Shown here piece by piece: positions 24,406 to 37,303 of a stretch of 64,000 bases of DNA. Origin of the DNA: Gracilinanus agilis. Lineage: Eukaryota. The stretch is taken from the NCBI RefSeq assembly GCF_016433145.1, contig NC_058135.1, forward strand, positions 280,144,930-280,208,929, written 5' to 3'. A program made the translations under genes and the position numbers. How positions within the stretch are numbered: the first letter of the stretch is position 1; the number at the start of each line of letters is the position of its first letter. Below the pieces are notes generated by a model, which did not search any database, was not told the DNA's origin, and worked only from the letters and a program-made list of their open reading frames with translations.

Positions 24406-25828
24406 CAGCTGCTGCTTTCATTAGGAACCTAAAGTGGGGGGAAGTCCTTAACCTTTCCATGCCATGAATTTTAAACAATAGAAAGTAGACAATAGAGATT
24501 TTTATAAAGTACTTGTATTTATACTTTTGTGTTAAGTGTTTTGGTATCAACTTCTAAATTTTATAATTAATGGATAAGGATCTGCATTTATAGAAACTGC
24601 TTATTATACAGCAAACATGGTCAGTTGTCCTATACTTAGAATGTTGACTCCTAAGCATTCAAAGGTAATTCTGTAAGTAATAGAGCATTGCCACATGATT
24701 CTTATTACAAAGAAAAAATAATTGAAATTGTCATGTATTGGATGTGAATGGGCTGTGATTTGAACAAGTTAGAACTATATACCCAACAGGAAAGGATTCC
24801 ATGTTAAAAATATGAGTTATGGTCACAATTTTAATAGAACTAGGTCTCCTGAGGTTATTAGTATTTTGTTAGATTCTCCTCTGTTCATTTTACTTTTTTA
24901 ACTGAAGTTGGTATCACCAGATTGGTTCTAGGTAATGAACATTTTTTATTCACAATATTTCTTGAAGTTAATGTCATTTTGGCTGCTTCAAACTGTATAA
25001 GCCATATCCACAATCACAAAATCACAGCTTGCTGCTGAAATATTGACAAAATAGTCTTATTCCATATACCTTTCACAAAATGCTTGTGGAAAATGTGTAC
25101 TGTTATAAGCATGAGACTTAATGATTGAAATAATATCCTAGAATTTTAGTTTTGTAAGGGACTTGGACTTCCACTTACCCTTCCCCTCCTGAAGCATAAA
25201 TTCTGTCCCTAATTGATGATTTTTAAGTGGTAAATTCATTCCCTCCCCAATAAACCCATCCCCCCCCTTTTTTTTAAAGACAGTTCTATTACAAAACTTT
25301 ATCCATCTCCTTTCTTGTGGCTTCTACCCCTTCATCCTATTAGATTGTTGACCAGTTTCTCTGCTGAAAAAAAGCTTTATGTATAAAAATGCTAGCTATC
25401 CTTTTGTGAATATAGAGATACAGTCACAGAGTCCTGAGCTTTAAGGCAATTGGAATTTGGATCTCTTTAGAATAGTGATAATTATGGTTTTTTTTTTTGA
25501 GAACTCTTCTTAAAATATGAAATTCATTGAGGAAATTGAGTTGTTAACTTATCTACTATAAATAGAACTTTCTTGTAACAGGTTTAGGAGAGAGCTTTTC
25601 AGGGGAAAAAAACAAGACCACCCTTCCCAACATTATAAAAATTTCTAGTTTTGTGTAGATCATTTGATTTGTGAGTTGTTTTCTTTGCTGCATATGTGTT
25701 ATCTAGCATGTCTCACTTGTCTTTTTACTCTTGACTATATGTCTTCAGATGATTCCCTTGACTACGAGAATACTTTTTCAGCTTTATTCTGGAATACATT
25801 GAAAATCTTTCCATTTGTCTCATTTCAG

Positions 25829-25879
25829 GAGAGGAAGGAGGCGAAAAGATGACAAAAGTCCACGGTTACCCAAAAGGAG
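25829..25879 (+). CDS. ZFP91: ZFP91 coding exon 7
   Basis: tttcag|GAGAGGAAGG...AAAAGGAG|gtaaat, 51 nt. Encodes RGRRRKDDKSPRLPKR (basic, NLS-like). Confidence 0.95.
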
Positions 25880-26162
25880 GTAAATGATATATATACCCCC
25901 ATTTTTTAGATCTTTCCTTGGTATAAATCTGAGGGAATTTAATAGCAAGCCTTATAGATCACTAATACTAAGGTTGATAAAATTCTTAGTTTATGTTGTT
26001 TGGGCTACTAGTTTAAAATGTTGTACAAGTCCCACTAATCATTTGCTATTCCCTCAAATAAAAATTCTGTGGATACTTTTCACAAATAAATTCCAACTTT
26101 TCATCTTTTCATAGCACCGTTCTCTTTCTTTCTTTCTCTTTTTAAAATTATTCCCATAACAG

Positions 26163-26241
26163 AAAGAAACCTCCAATCCAGTATGTTCGTTGTGACATGG
26201 AAGGCTGTGGAACTGTTCTTGCTCACCCTCGATATCTGCAA
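26163..26241 (+). CDS. ZFP91: ZFP91 coding exon 8 (start of zinc finger 1)
   Basis: aacag|AAAGAAACCT...CTGCAA|gtaagt, 79 nt. Encodes KKPPIQYVRCDMEGCGTVLAHPRYLQ. Confidence 0.96.
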
Positions 26242-26424
26242 GTAAGTAAAGTAGGAGAATGACCAGTTTCCCTTCAGTTAGAACCAGGGAAGATTTTGTC
26301 TCTACTTCATTAATGATTTCAGTTTGTAGGTCTTGATATAACCTTAGGGGCCATGCATGAAAACTTACAGAGTAGCTGTTTTTTGTCACATAACTAACTC
26401 TAAGCAATTTGGAATCACCTGCTT

Positions 26425-27605
26425 AAACTGTACTATAAAGCAGTGATCTTCAAAATAATCTGGTACTCACTAAGAAATAGGATAGATCAGTGGAATAGAC
26501 ATGGGGAAATGAATCAGCAGTGGTGTCAGATCTATGGAGAAGGGAAGAATTTATGACCAAACTGGATTACAAGATGTAAAATGAATCATTTTGATCATAT
26601 TAAATTAAAATGGTTTTGTACAAACAAAAACTGCAAACAAGATCAGAAGGGAAGCAGCTGGGGAAAAGTTTTACAACAAATATCTCTGATAAAGGTCTCG
26701 TTTCTAAGAATGTGGTCATTCCCCAAATGATAAATGGTCAAAGGATATGAATAGGTGGTTTTCAGATAAAGAAATCAGAGCTATCAATAATCATATTAAA
26801 AAATGTTCTAAATCCCTCCTGACTAGAGAAATGCAAAATAAAACAACTCTGAGGTACCTCCTTATACCTATTAAATTGGCCAATATGACAGTAAAGGAAA
26901 ATAATAAATGTTGGAGGAAATGTGACAAAAAATTGGGACATTAATGCATTGCTGGTGGAATTGTGAGTTGATTTGACCATTTTGGGAAAGAATTTGGAAT
27001 TATGTCAAAAGAATGCATACCCTTTGATCTAGCAATACCACTACTAAGTCTGTATCCCAGAGACTTGTTTGTACAAAAATAGAGCTGCACTTTTTTGTGG
27101 TGGCAAAGACCTGGAAACTAAAGGGATGTTCCTTAATTGGGGAATGGCTGAACAAATTGTGGTATATGATGGTGGTGGAATATTATTGTGCTGTAAGGAA
27201 TGATGAACAGGAGGATTTCAGAAAGAGCTGGAGAGACCTGCATGAACTGATGCAGAGAGGAATAAAAGCAGAACCAGGAGAACAGTAACTGAAACATAGT
27301 CTTTGCTACTAATAGCAATGCAATGATCCAGGACAATCCCGAGGTACTTATGAGAAAGAATGCCATCCACATCAAGAGAAAGAATTATTGGAGTAGAAAT
27401 GCAGATAAAATGATTTGGGGTTTTGATTTTATAGGATTATTCACTTAAAAATGAATACTATGGAAATATATTTTGTGTGGTGATACATAACCCAGATTGA
27501 ATTGCTTGTCACCTCTAGGAGGGGAAGGGAAAGGCAGACAAATGAATCCTATAACTTTGGAAAACTCAGGTGTAAATTTGTCATTAAAAGATAAATTGAA
27601 AAAAA
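26425..27605 (+). mobile_element. L1 ORF2 3' fragment in ZFP91 intron 8 (sense)
   Basis: Translations KEIRAINNHIKKCSKSLLTREMQNKTTLRYLL and VAKTWKLKGCSLIGEWLNKLWY are L1 ORF2 C-terminal motifs. Confidence 0.9.
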
Positions 27606-27827
27606 TTATTCTGGTAGAATGATTTGGCTACATGAGTTTCTTAGTCAGGGAAACATTTTAAATCTAAAAATCCATTTCCTGGACACTTCTGCACTATTAC
27701 TACCCTTGCCTTGTTATGTTTTAATTTCTTGTTACTTGGCTTTTTTTTCATGACTTTTATTTGGTGTTTTCATTCAAGGAAAAATTTCTCCATTTTCATC
27801 AAATGTATTTCTTTTCATTTTCTTTAG

Positions 27828-27942
27828 CACCACATTAAATACCAGCATATGCTGAAGAAAAAATATGTATGCCCTCATCCCTCATGTGGACGACTCTTTA
27901 GGCTTCAGAAGCAGCTGCTTCGACATGCCAAACATCACACAG
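27828..27942 (+). CDS. ZFP91: ZFP91 coding exon 9 (end of ZF1, ZF2)
   Basis: tctttag|CACCACATT...CACACAG|gtagta, 115 nt. Encodes HHIKYQHMLKKKYVCPHPSCGRLFRLQKQLLRHAKHHT. Confidence 0.96.
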
Positions 27943-28119
27943 GTAGTAGGATAGCATCTTGTAACTGAAGTTTTCTTTCCTCTGATGATGAAAGCAAAAA
28001 ATTAATTGGCCTATTTAGGCTAGAATATGATCATAATCTATTATTTCACAATCCAATATATTTGTATATGGACAGACTCGACAAAATATTCGAGTGGGTC
28101 AAAAAAAGCCTATAATCAA

Positions 28120-28325
28120 GGGGCAGCTGGGTAGCTCAGTGGATTGAAAGCCAGGCCTAGAGACAGAGGTCCTAGGTTCAAATCCAGCCTCAGACACTTC
28201 CCAGCTGTGAGACCCTGGGCAAGTCACTTGACCCCCATTGCCTACCCTTACCACTCTTCTGCCTTGGAGTCAATACTCAGTATTGGCTCCAAGACAGAAG
28301 GTAAGGGTTTTTTTATTTTAAAAAA
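28120..28325 (+). mobile_element. SINE1_Mdo-like SINE with TSD
   Basis: TSD AAAAAAAGCCTATAATC on both sides (28101-28117 and ending at 28342). Confidence 0.93.
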
Positions 28326-28589
28326 AAAAAAAGCCTATAATCCAAGTCAGGATGTTCCCAAATTAGCCTGTCAGTGTGATCTAAAATTCTTTTAAAATAT
28401 GGCTAACATTACCATTAATTTACTGCTCTGTTAAAGGAGATAGAACAATGAAATCAGCATACAAATTTGGGGTCTTAAAATTAAGACGATTAAAGAGTTG
28501 TTTTGGTCTATTCAGTAAACCTGTCTTTGATTATTAATCCAGAAACCATTATTAAGTTTCTACTAAATGCCCTGTTCCTAAGTTGAAAT

Positions 28590-28760
28590 CTGACCTCAGA
28601 CACTAGCTGTGTGACCGTGGACAAGGGACAAAAACCACTTTTGTCTCAATTTCCCTGTCTGTAAAATGAGCTAGAGAAAGAGATGGCAAACCACTCCAGT
28701 ACTTTTGCCAAGAAAACCCCAAATGGGGTCACAGAGTCAAGCATGACTGAACCTACTGAA
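28590..28760 (+). mobile_element. CORE-SINE (MAR1-like)
   Basis: ctgtaaaatgagctagagaaagagatggcaaaccactccagtacttttgccaagaaaaccccaaatggggtcac. Confidence 0.8.
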
Positions 28761-30120
28761 AACAATAACTACACAATCAAGGAATAAATTAGTGAGGGAA
28801 GGAGAGAGTACATGTTGGATCAGGGTAGAATCTTCACATGTAACTTGAAGAGAATGAGATGAGGCTGAAATGCATCAGAAGCATGGTAAAAAGCTACAAA
28901 AACAAATTTGTCTTTACATTAGGGGAAATAATTACCATATGATGAGGCTGCTTATTGGGAAAGAGCTTTAAAGGTTAAACTGAAGAGTTTAAATTTTCAT
29001 CCTAGATAGAATAGGGAACCACTGAAATAGTGTGAGTAAGAAATGCCATTGTGAGATCTGTCATCATTTTGGGAGAATTGCCTTGGGAAGGATTTGCTGG
29101 CAGGGAGAAAATAAAGAGACTTGAGGCAGTTGAGATCACATTTCACTAATTTAGGTGAAAGGTGACAGAGGTCTGAACTAAAGAGGAAAAGGTGTGATAG
29201 TGTGGGACACATCAAGTAGTCTGAACAGTTTGTTGGTAGTAAGGCCCTAAAACTCAGAGGTGAGAACAAGTGAAGCTACATTCATACAGGAGGAGAGATG
29301 GGAAAGTTTTTTAATGGGTTTAAAGGATTCATAATTGAGGGTGCTCCAAATTTATTGTATTTGTTTAAATTAGGTTTTTCCCTGAAACATTTTGTTAATA
29401 GAAATTCAGTTTGTTCAAATAAATGGCATTAGCAGATAATATATATTTCAATTGTTGTAATGTACTTGCAGAAATGTGAATTTGGGAAAGGATCACATTT
29501 TCTATTGGAAGATACATTTTTCAAGTTGATTTGAGGGGTATTGACTGTGACTTGGGTTTATTTCTTACAAATAATTTAGCCGATAAATTTGAGGAGCCAG
29601 GTTGGGAAAAGGTGGAAGGCTGCTCTTCTTGCTCTGGCCACAATGTTCAGCACCTGCTGCTCATCTGTGCCACTTGTCCCCAAGGAATACTACCTGATTC
29701 CTGATAGGCTGTGGAGGTACAGAGCTAAGAATTGTGAGGGCAGCTGTTCTAGAGCCTATCATTAAGGACAGTGTGGAGGAGAGCTAGGAAGAGGGAGAAT
29801 AGAAAAGGTGTGTTGGTTGAACACTCAGTACCTAATTTCTCAGGGGAATTTTGAGGCACTAGAAAGGCCCATTCTAATAACCTAGAACCCCAAACTGATA
29901 TTCTTTTCCTATCAAAGATAACAAATGGCTTTTGCTATCTCAGATTCATAGAGCAAACATCTTACAAAGTGCTTTCACAGATCTTTGCATTCAGATTTCT
30001 AGTTTTGTCATGAAACACAAATTTAAAAAAAAGATCATAGTATATGGACTTATAATACATAGGAGCATAAGTAATTTGCTTGAGGGAGATTTTAGGTATT
30101 TTATAGATATATATTTAAAG

Positions 30121-30691
30121 TGTGGTCGCCAGGAATCAACAATTCAGATTGATTCCATAATTAAAATAGACCCAAGTCAGGATCGGGTTTAAGGTAGTTT
30201 ATTTATAATTAGAAAGGTAAAAGGTAGGTAAGTAGAGAGAGGGAGAGAGAGAGAAGGTTAAAAGGCTAATTAAACTAGGCTATAAGCCTACTTAAGGCAC
30301 TTTGGAAACGCCAAGGTAGGCCAAGGAAGTCAGCCTAACTTACCCATTGGACAATTCAGAGTAGAAGCAGTCTGAGGTCTCTGCCAGCCCAGCACCTTCA
30401 GCACCAAATTCAAAGCTGGAACTGCCCCCAATAGGAAGTAACCAACATACTTGAAGAGATAGTGTCTCTCGTCATTTCCTGTGGGTCCACCTCTAATTCA
30501 AGTGGACAAATGGCAGCCTCTACACTGATTTGGACGGACAGTCTCTTATTCTCGATTTGTTACTTATTGTCACGTGTGGGTAACTCATCTCCCCCTCCCC
30601 ACTGAGGGAGGTGGGGGGTGATATAATCTAGATGCCTAGGGTAAGTAGAGTTTTGACTATGAATGGGCTAGAGCTAATTCCATTTACACAA
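30121..30691 (-). mobile_element. Solo LTR, copy 2 of the same family, inverted relative to copy 1
   Basis: The reverse complement of 30121-30184 matches 3949-4012 at 63 of 64 nt, and many further blocks are shared. Confidence 0.75.
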
Positions 30692-30729
30692 ATTCTAAGA
30701 TTAGAATTAATAGTAATAATAGCAATAGC

Positions 30730-30960
30730 ATTTTATGTAGAGCTCTGAGGTTTGCAGAGCCCTTTGCAAATAATATGTCATTTTATCCTCACAATCACTC
30801 TGGGATGTAGGTATTTTTATTATCTTTATTTTTTAGATGAAGAGCTTCAGGCCGAAAATTGTTAAATGACTTACTCAGAGTCAGAAAGATAGCAAGTTCC
30901 TGAGGCCAGATTTGAATCCGGTCTTCCCTCGCTCCAAGTCTAGCCACCTCACTGCCTACA
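30730..30960 (-). mobile_element. MIR-like CORE-SINE
   Basis: tttatcctcacaa...gatgaagagcttcaggc...gaggccagatttgaatccggtcttcc. Confidence 0.65.
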
Positions 30961-31392
30961 ACTCTAGTAGTAGGATTGTCAGTTCTTTGCTACTATGTGA
31001 TGGAGTAAAATTTATTCAATAAATTTATTTCGGGTTGTAATTCTTATTGGATTTTACTTCAGATGGGCCTGTTCTAGATGAACAATTCCCTTAGGACTGA
31101 CATTTTCTTACATATTGAATAATGCAGGTTTTTTTTTTTTTAAACATACTTTGAATTGGTGTGGACACATTTATGGTAATGAGTTTTCTGAATTTATCTG
31201 AATTGTTACTTTGGATAATTGCTGGTCCTATATTTTGAACTGTTCTGTCTTGGTAGGACCTAGCAGCATTTATATTCTCCTGATGTAACATTTGAAAACC
31301 CAGGGTCACTGCTATACCATAGTTAAGCTTTGGGGTGGGGCATGGGTAGAAGATGTTGGAGATTAGAAAAAGAAAGCATTTAAAGAAATTTT

Positions 31393-31600
31393 GGGGGGGC
31401 AGCTAGGTGGCTCAGTGGGTCAAGGAGATCCAGGCCCAGGGATGAGAGGTCCTGGGTTCAAAACTGTTTTCACACACTTTGTAGCTATGTGACCTTGGCA
31501 AGTCACTTAATCCCCATTACCTAGCCCTTACCACTTTCTGCCTTGGAACCAATATTGATTCTAAGACGGAAGGTAAGAGTTTTAAAAAAAAAAAAAAAAA
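31393..31600 (+). mobile_element. SINE1_Mdo-like SINE with TSD
   Basis: Full-length; TSD AAAGAAATTT on both sides. Confidence 0.9.
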
Positions 31601-31663
31601 AAGAAATTTGGATTCTGACTCCAAATATGGAATAGCAAGTTAAACACCCTTTTTTACCTTTAG

Positions 31664-31763
31664 ATCAAAGGGATTATATTTGTGAATACTGTGCTCGAGC
31701 CTTCAAGAGCTCCCACAACTTGGCAGTGCACCGGATGATCCACACTGGCGAGAAACCATTACA
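31664..31763 (+). CDS. ZFP91: ZFP91 coding exon 10 (ZF3)
   Basis: cctttag|ATCAAAGGGAT...CCATTACA|gtaagt, 100 nt. Encodes QRDYICEYCARAFKSSHNLAVHRMIHTGEKPL. Confidence 0.96.
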
Positions 31764-32096
31764 GTAAGTAAATATAAATCTGAGTAAGTAAGAAATGCAA
31801 ACCCTGTGCTCAAAGGATCTGGAATGCATGTGAATCAGATCCTTCTTTGCAAACGTGTCATACTGACAGCTCCCCAGTTGCAAGGTAAGCGTTTTCTTGA
31901 CTGAATCAATCCTCTGTTTTGTCACTTCTCAGAAGTAGAGGACTAGACCACAATCCAATCCATTTCCTTCTAAATTCTTTCCCTTTTCACTTGAGCTCAG
32001 TCATATCGATAATCGTCCCTAGGATGTTGGTAGCACCAGCTTTTATCCTTTTTCTGTTCCCTTTTTGACAGACTGTCCTCTTGCTTCTCTCCTTAG

Positions 32097-32607
32097 GTGC
32101 GAGATCTGTGGATTCACCTGTAGGCAGAAGGCTTCCCTCAATTGGCACATGAAGAAGCATGATGCAGACTCCTTCTACCAGTTTTCTTGCAATATTTGTG
32201 GCAAGAAGTTTGAGAAGAAGGACAGTGTGGTGGCCCACAAAGCGAAGAGCCACCCGGAGGTGCTGATTGCTGAAGCTCTAGCTGCCAATGCCGGAGCCTT
32301 GATTACCAGCACAGATATCCTGGGCACTAACCCAGAGTCCCTGGCACAATCCACTGATTCCCAGGGCCTCCCCCTTCTGCCAGAGCCCTTGGGGAACTCA
32401 GCCCCTGCAGAGTGCCTCCTGCTAGATTCAGAAGGGATGCCCAAGGCATTCTGCAGTGGGGCGGAGCGGGTGAGCCTGATGGCAGATGGAAAGATCTTTG
32501 TGGGAAGTGGCAGCAGTGGAGGCACAGAAGGGCTGGTCATGAACACAGAGATTCTCGGGGCCACGACAGAGGTTCTGATTGAAGATTCAGACTCTGCTGA
32601 ACCGTAG
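32097..32607 (+). CDS. ZFP91: ZFP91 terminal coding exon 11 (ZF4, ZF5, C-terminus); E3 ubiquitin ligase zinc-finger protein 91
   Basis: ccttag|GTGCGAGATC... to TAG at 32605-32607. Encodes CEICGFTCRQKASLNWHMKKHDADSFYQFSCNICGKKFEKKDSVVAHKAKSH...TTEVLIEDSDSAEP. The ORF track's 32065 start reads into the intron. Confidence 0.98.
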
Positions 32608-35021
32608 GGGGCATTGGGACTATTCAGACTTTGTATTTAAAAAAATGGGGAAAAAAAGGAAAAAAAATTACAAAGTTAAAACAGATTTAAAATACTAGTA
32701 AAAGTAACTGAAGGGCCTGCTCCTCCCAGTGTGGAACATAGCACACCCTTTTCCCTCTATCCTTCCGCCATTGGCCCCTTTATGAAAGTCATGCTGCTTT
32801 CACCAGTGATTAAACAGAAGCTCTCAAAGCAAAGTGAGGGATTTCCTCACGCCCAATTCAAGCCAGACAGACTTGCTGACCTTTGGCAGACCTCTTCCCC
32901 CTGCCTTTTCTTTTCTTTCCCTAGACTGTCATTTTGATGTGCTTGGCTTCTTATTCTTATAACCGATTCCTGTCCTCTCAATTTTATCTGCCCTCCCCCT
33001 AGTCTCCCGTATTGCAGCTCTCAGCCTCACATTCTTGTATTTCCCCTGGATTCGGAGCTTACCTTGGCACTTTAGGGTCCCTCCTCAGGGTGAGCTTGTC
33101 CGACAGTCCACATATATCCTTCATCCTCATCTCCTTTCATTTTCCACTGAGCCTTTGAAAGGAAGGATCCATGGAGACCCCCTTTCCTTTGCGGCACCTC
33201 CAGAGGGCTCTCATTGGTGCTCACTTGCTTGGCAGCAGGTGTTTGGGAAAGGGAGGGGCTGCCCTCGACATATTCTCTGACTGGCAAACAGAGCTCTGTG
33301 TTGGAGAGAACCAGGAGTCCCAGATTGATGACAGAAATGTGCACTTTGAACATATGTTTTTGTGTTGTGGAAACTCAATTCCTTATTTATTGACGAACGG
33401 TCTGATTTTTGTTGTTATTTTTTGTGGGGCTAGGAAAGGGTGAGCTATTCTGATGTGGGATCCTTCCCATGAATAGGTACTTTTGGAGGCGAGACTGTAA
33501 GGTATAAAAGATATAGCCAGTCCCTGAATCATAGTTTTCTAGTATCCTCGAAGAAGAGCTGGTCCTCAGCACTAAGAGTTGCTACAATAGCCTAGTGATC
33601 ATTTGAACAATCTTTTCAGGGAAGAGTAAAAGGCTTAGTGAATTAGTGCCCTCTTTGGATTTCTAGAAGCACTGAAGTTTAGTGTTTGTGACAGAGAAGG
33701 GCTGGTTCAGGGGAGGAACTACAGAAACAAGAATCTTTCAGTTGTTTTCCCTTTACACCTTAGGTCATGAATCCCCCAATTATGGCTATGCTAATCATTG
33801 CTTTGTCATTGTCTGCTTCATTCCAGTGCCCTCTATTAAGATGCTGCCACCTAAAGGGGCAAAGCACTGGCATCTTGTGATTTGAGTACAGAAAGTACCC
33901 AGCTCTGTTGCTCTCTGGCAGTTTTGCCCTTTCTTCAAGAGATGAGGCAACAACAGATAGCGGGATGCAGACAATTTGTTAACTGTCATTATGAACTGGA
34001 ATACGGACAGGAGAGGGGAGTCTCCACTGTCCCTTCTATCAAATTTGTATCCCCGAGGACTCTCCAGGGGTATGCTGCTTTGTGGAATAGCATCTGGTAA
34101 AACTTTGAAACTTCAAGAAGACTTTATGCTTATCCAGTCTTATTTTTAGAGCGTCATAAGGGCAGTGGTTGTCTTTGAGAAGGACTTTACATGTACCTCA
34201 AGTGTTAGGGCAGGAAGGCTTGCTCTATCCCTTGGGGGAAATGTGTGGCAACTATTAGAGAAAATGAAGGCTTGTTGGAAAAGGTGAGGAACAGCTTTTT
34301 TTCATGAACACTAAAAATAAGTTATCCATGTTCTGTCTTGATTTTTTTCTTTTCTCCCTCCTTCTTCCCTCCCCACCCCCTTGAAGAAAAGGGTGGCACC
34401 AAAATGTCATCTTTGAAAGAAACTTGACTTTACCCACTTCTTCAAGTGCCGGCCTGCCTGCCAGGAGAATGAGGGGTGGGGCACCCACAGTGGACGAGTC
34501 TCAAATGCCCCATTGTTTCTTAGATCTGCAGGCCCTTTGCTGTGGGGGTAGAGAGTAAAGGGAGGCAAGGATGGGACCTGATGTGAAATATGCTTCCCTT
34601 CCTAGTGGCCAGTTGACCTGGTATGTGGGAACGTTTGAAAAGGCCATGAAACCTGATCATGAAACCTGAGTGGCCCCTGGGATACTGTCCCCCCCTCCCC
34701 CATGTAAAGGCCCAGCCTGTACTTGGCCAGGACAGATAGCATCCCTCCCGCCCCTCATCTGTTTGGCCCTTTGCTTTTTTCCCCCATACGTTTCCGTTGT
34801 AGTGCTTAACGTCTCCCCAGACCCCACTGCCACCTGCCAGAAGCAAACTCCAGATGTGGCTTGTCCAAGGAATGGGGGAGAGCTGTGGCAGATTCTCCTC
34901 CCACCCCTCAACTGACTAGTGTGAACTCTTAGATGCTTCCCATCTCTTCTTCCTGTCCCTTTTCTCTGCCACCACTCGCATGCATGCGGTTTGCTTCGAT
35001 TAAATTATTGTAGTAGTTTGC

Positions 35022-35027
35022 AATAAA
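35022..35027 (+). promoter_or_regulatory. Candidate proximal polyadenylation signal of the ZFP91 3' UTR
   Basis: AATAAA followed by a T-rich stretch (ttctattttcatgggctttatttt), about 2.4 kb after the stop. Confidence 0.45.
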
Positions 35028-35814
35028 CACTTTCTATTTTCATGGGCTTTATTTTAGTTTTCCTTTTGGGCACATTTAGGGAAAAGAGCATGATAGGGAA
35101 TTGGGAGTTGATTTCCTGCTCTCTTTCTAAACAAGCTAATACCTTGCATCCTTCCTCTTTGTTTTCTTCTCCACTCTCTCCCCCCCCCCCCAAAAGTTGA
35201 CTTAAGTGCACTTCCGAGGAGCCTTACATGCACATCTTCTACCCCTGGTCCGGAAACAGTCCAATCCTGTCGTATTTAAATTGTGTCTGTTTTAGCCGAA
35301 TGTTCCCCTCTTGGATGGACACACCTGGCACATTGCACTGTACCTCAGAAGTAGATGACTGGTCCACACGAGGCTGCAAGGCAAGCAGGGAGCTGTGCTT
35401 TCTCCTTGTTAAGAGGGACATCTTGTGATCATTTTCACGTGACTCTTAGAATGGGGTTCAGATAGAGGTTTGGATGTGATAACTGGCCATCAGGAACTGG
35501 GCTTTGGAGGGCGTAATGCAGCTTCCATATGGAAGTACCCGTACCGGTTCCGTACCTGCATGGGGCAAAGAATAGAAGGGGCACAATTGGCTCTGACTAA
35601 GGTGTTTGATGACCATGTTTCCCCTTCTCCCTCTTTGTCCTCTTCCCTTCTCCCAGATGTAGTATTCAAGGAAGAAAGTAATGGATCAATTTTAAATATT
35701 TTATTTCTCAAAGACCTCTCTTTTTGCCTGTTGAAATGTGTAGGACCCTTCTTAATTGAATGGGAGACACAGGTACCTACCTGAACCTAGGTTGGAAAAG
35801 TTATGTAAAATTAT

Positions 35815-35908
35815 AATAAAAGGGATACTCTGCTTTTCAACTCCCTGTTGTTTTCTCTTAATCTAGGTAAAACATAATGAAAATAAATGTATAAAGAAGA
35901 AAAATAAA
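35815..35908 (+). promoter_or_regulatory. Cluster of three AATAAA signals, probable distal ZFP91 3' end
   Basis: AATAAA at 35815-35820, 35882-35887 and 35903-35908, followed by GT-rich sequence (tgtcttccgtggttgtatggggttg). Confidence 0.6.
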
Positions 35909-36345
35909 AGTTGTCTTCATGGAAGCAATCTGTCTTCCGTGGTTGTATGGGGTTGCAATGATCCCAGGGGTAGGAAAGGTTATGTTTCCAACGGTGAAGG
36001 CAGTGAATTTGTAAAAATGAGTAACATCATGGGGGGCCAGGAGGTGGGGCTGGGAACAACCTGGCTCCGTGTGGGAGGAACACAAGTCTTTAGATTGGAC
36101 CTTGCTTTGTGATCCTTGGGAGGAAGGGGGGGGGACTTCAGGAAGCCCTGATGGCTCTTGGGACAGATTCGAGGATCTGGGGCTCTAGTACAGGCAGATG
36201 TCTGTTATGGCAGCTGCCCTCCTCTATCCTGTGTTAGACCTCAATTAAAAATGATCCTGGTTGGTGAAGAGGGGGATGCCTCCGATCCACACACCGTGGG
36301 GAGCTCATAGTATCGAGGCTGCTGGTCTTCATTTCAACCTTAGAT

Positions 36346-36797
36346 GGGGCTGAGGAGCCAGGTGACCAGATAGGAGATCCTGGGTTCAAATCTGGCCTCA
36401 GTCGCTTCTTAGCTATGTGGCTCTGGGCAAGTGCCTTAAACATTCTTCTGCCTTGGAACTCATACTTGGTATCTAAGGTAGAAGATACAGGTTTAAAAAA
36501 AAATCATGTTCTCAGGCAGGAGTGGAAAGATCCTTATGCTTAAAAGGAGCCTCGGCCACAGTGTGGAGACTCAAAGAAGCGTCTTGTAGTTGATTTGCAT
36601 CCAGAATGGATTTAAATCTTTTTTTAAATAAATACTATGTATTGGTTCCAAGGCAGAAGAATGGGTGAGGATTAGACAATGGGGGTTAAATGACTTGCCC
36701 AGCGTCACCCCACTTAGGAAGTATCTGAGGTCAGATTGGAACCCAGGACCTCTCATCTCCCAAGTCTGGCTCTCAGTCCACTGAGCCCTCCAGCTTC
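36346..36797. mobile_element. Two degraded SINE1_Mdo-like copies, tail to tail (+ 36346-36503; - 36619-36797)
   Basis: Both carry cttctgccttggaac tail motifs, in opposite orientation. Confidence 0.75.
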
Positions 36798-37303
36798 TTT
36801 GCTAGATCTGGTTTTAAAGGTAACTCCAAAACTGTCAGTATTCTGTACTTAAAAATAAAACTGAACTTTATGTGGGGATCCTGGAAGAAAGAATGAGACG
36901 GGAAAAGGCTACACAGTTCTCTGATACAACTATCTGTTGTGTGTGTGTGGATCTATATTACATCAGACAGGAGTTTCCTCAGAGGATTCCAGTGACTGAG
37001 ACCTTGTTGCTAAGTGCAGAGGGAGAACAGTAACAGGGTGCCACACAGTGCGCTGGGAGGGAGCTCTGGGAAAAAGGCTGATGGGGTAAAAAGTGCCCTT
37101 TGTTCATTCTGCGGGCCTGAACTCTATCTAAGAATGTGCTGCCACCTCAGAACCAGAGGGATTTCTGCTGTGTGTGTGTGTGTGCGATTGGGGTGGGGCC
37201 GGCCTGGGGTACCCTACAACTCGCAGGAGCTGAGCCAAGACCTCTGAGTGGAGGCCCGCAGCAGGTGCCTCAGCTGTGGTTTGCCGGGGACCGCCGCTAA
37301 GGG

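Noticed and set aside
32175-32564. 129-aa antisense ORF in ZFP91 exon 11, and antisense ORFs over CNTF exon 2
   Set aside because: They are complements of real coding sequence with no independent evidence.
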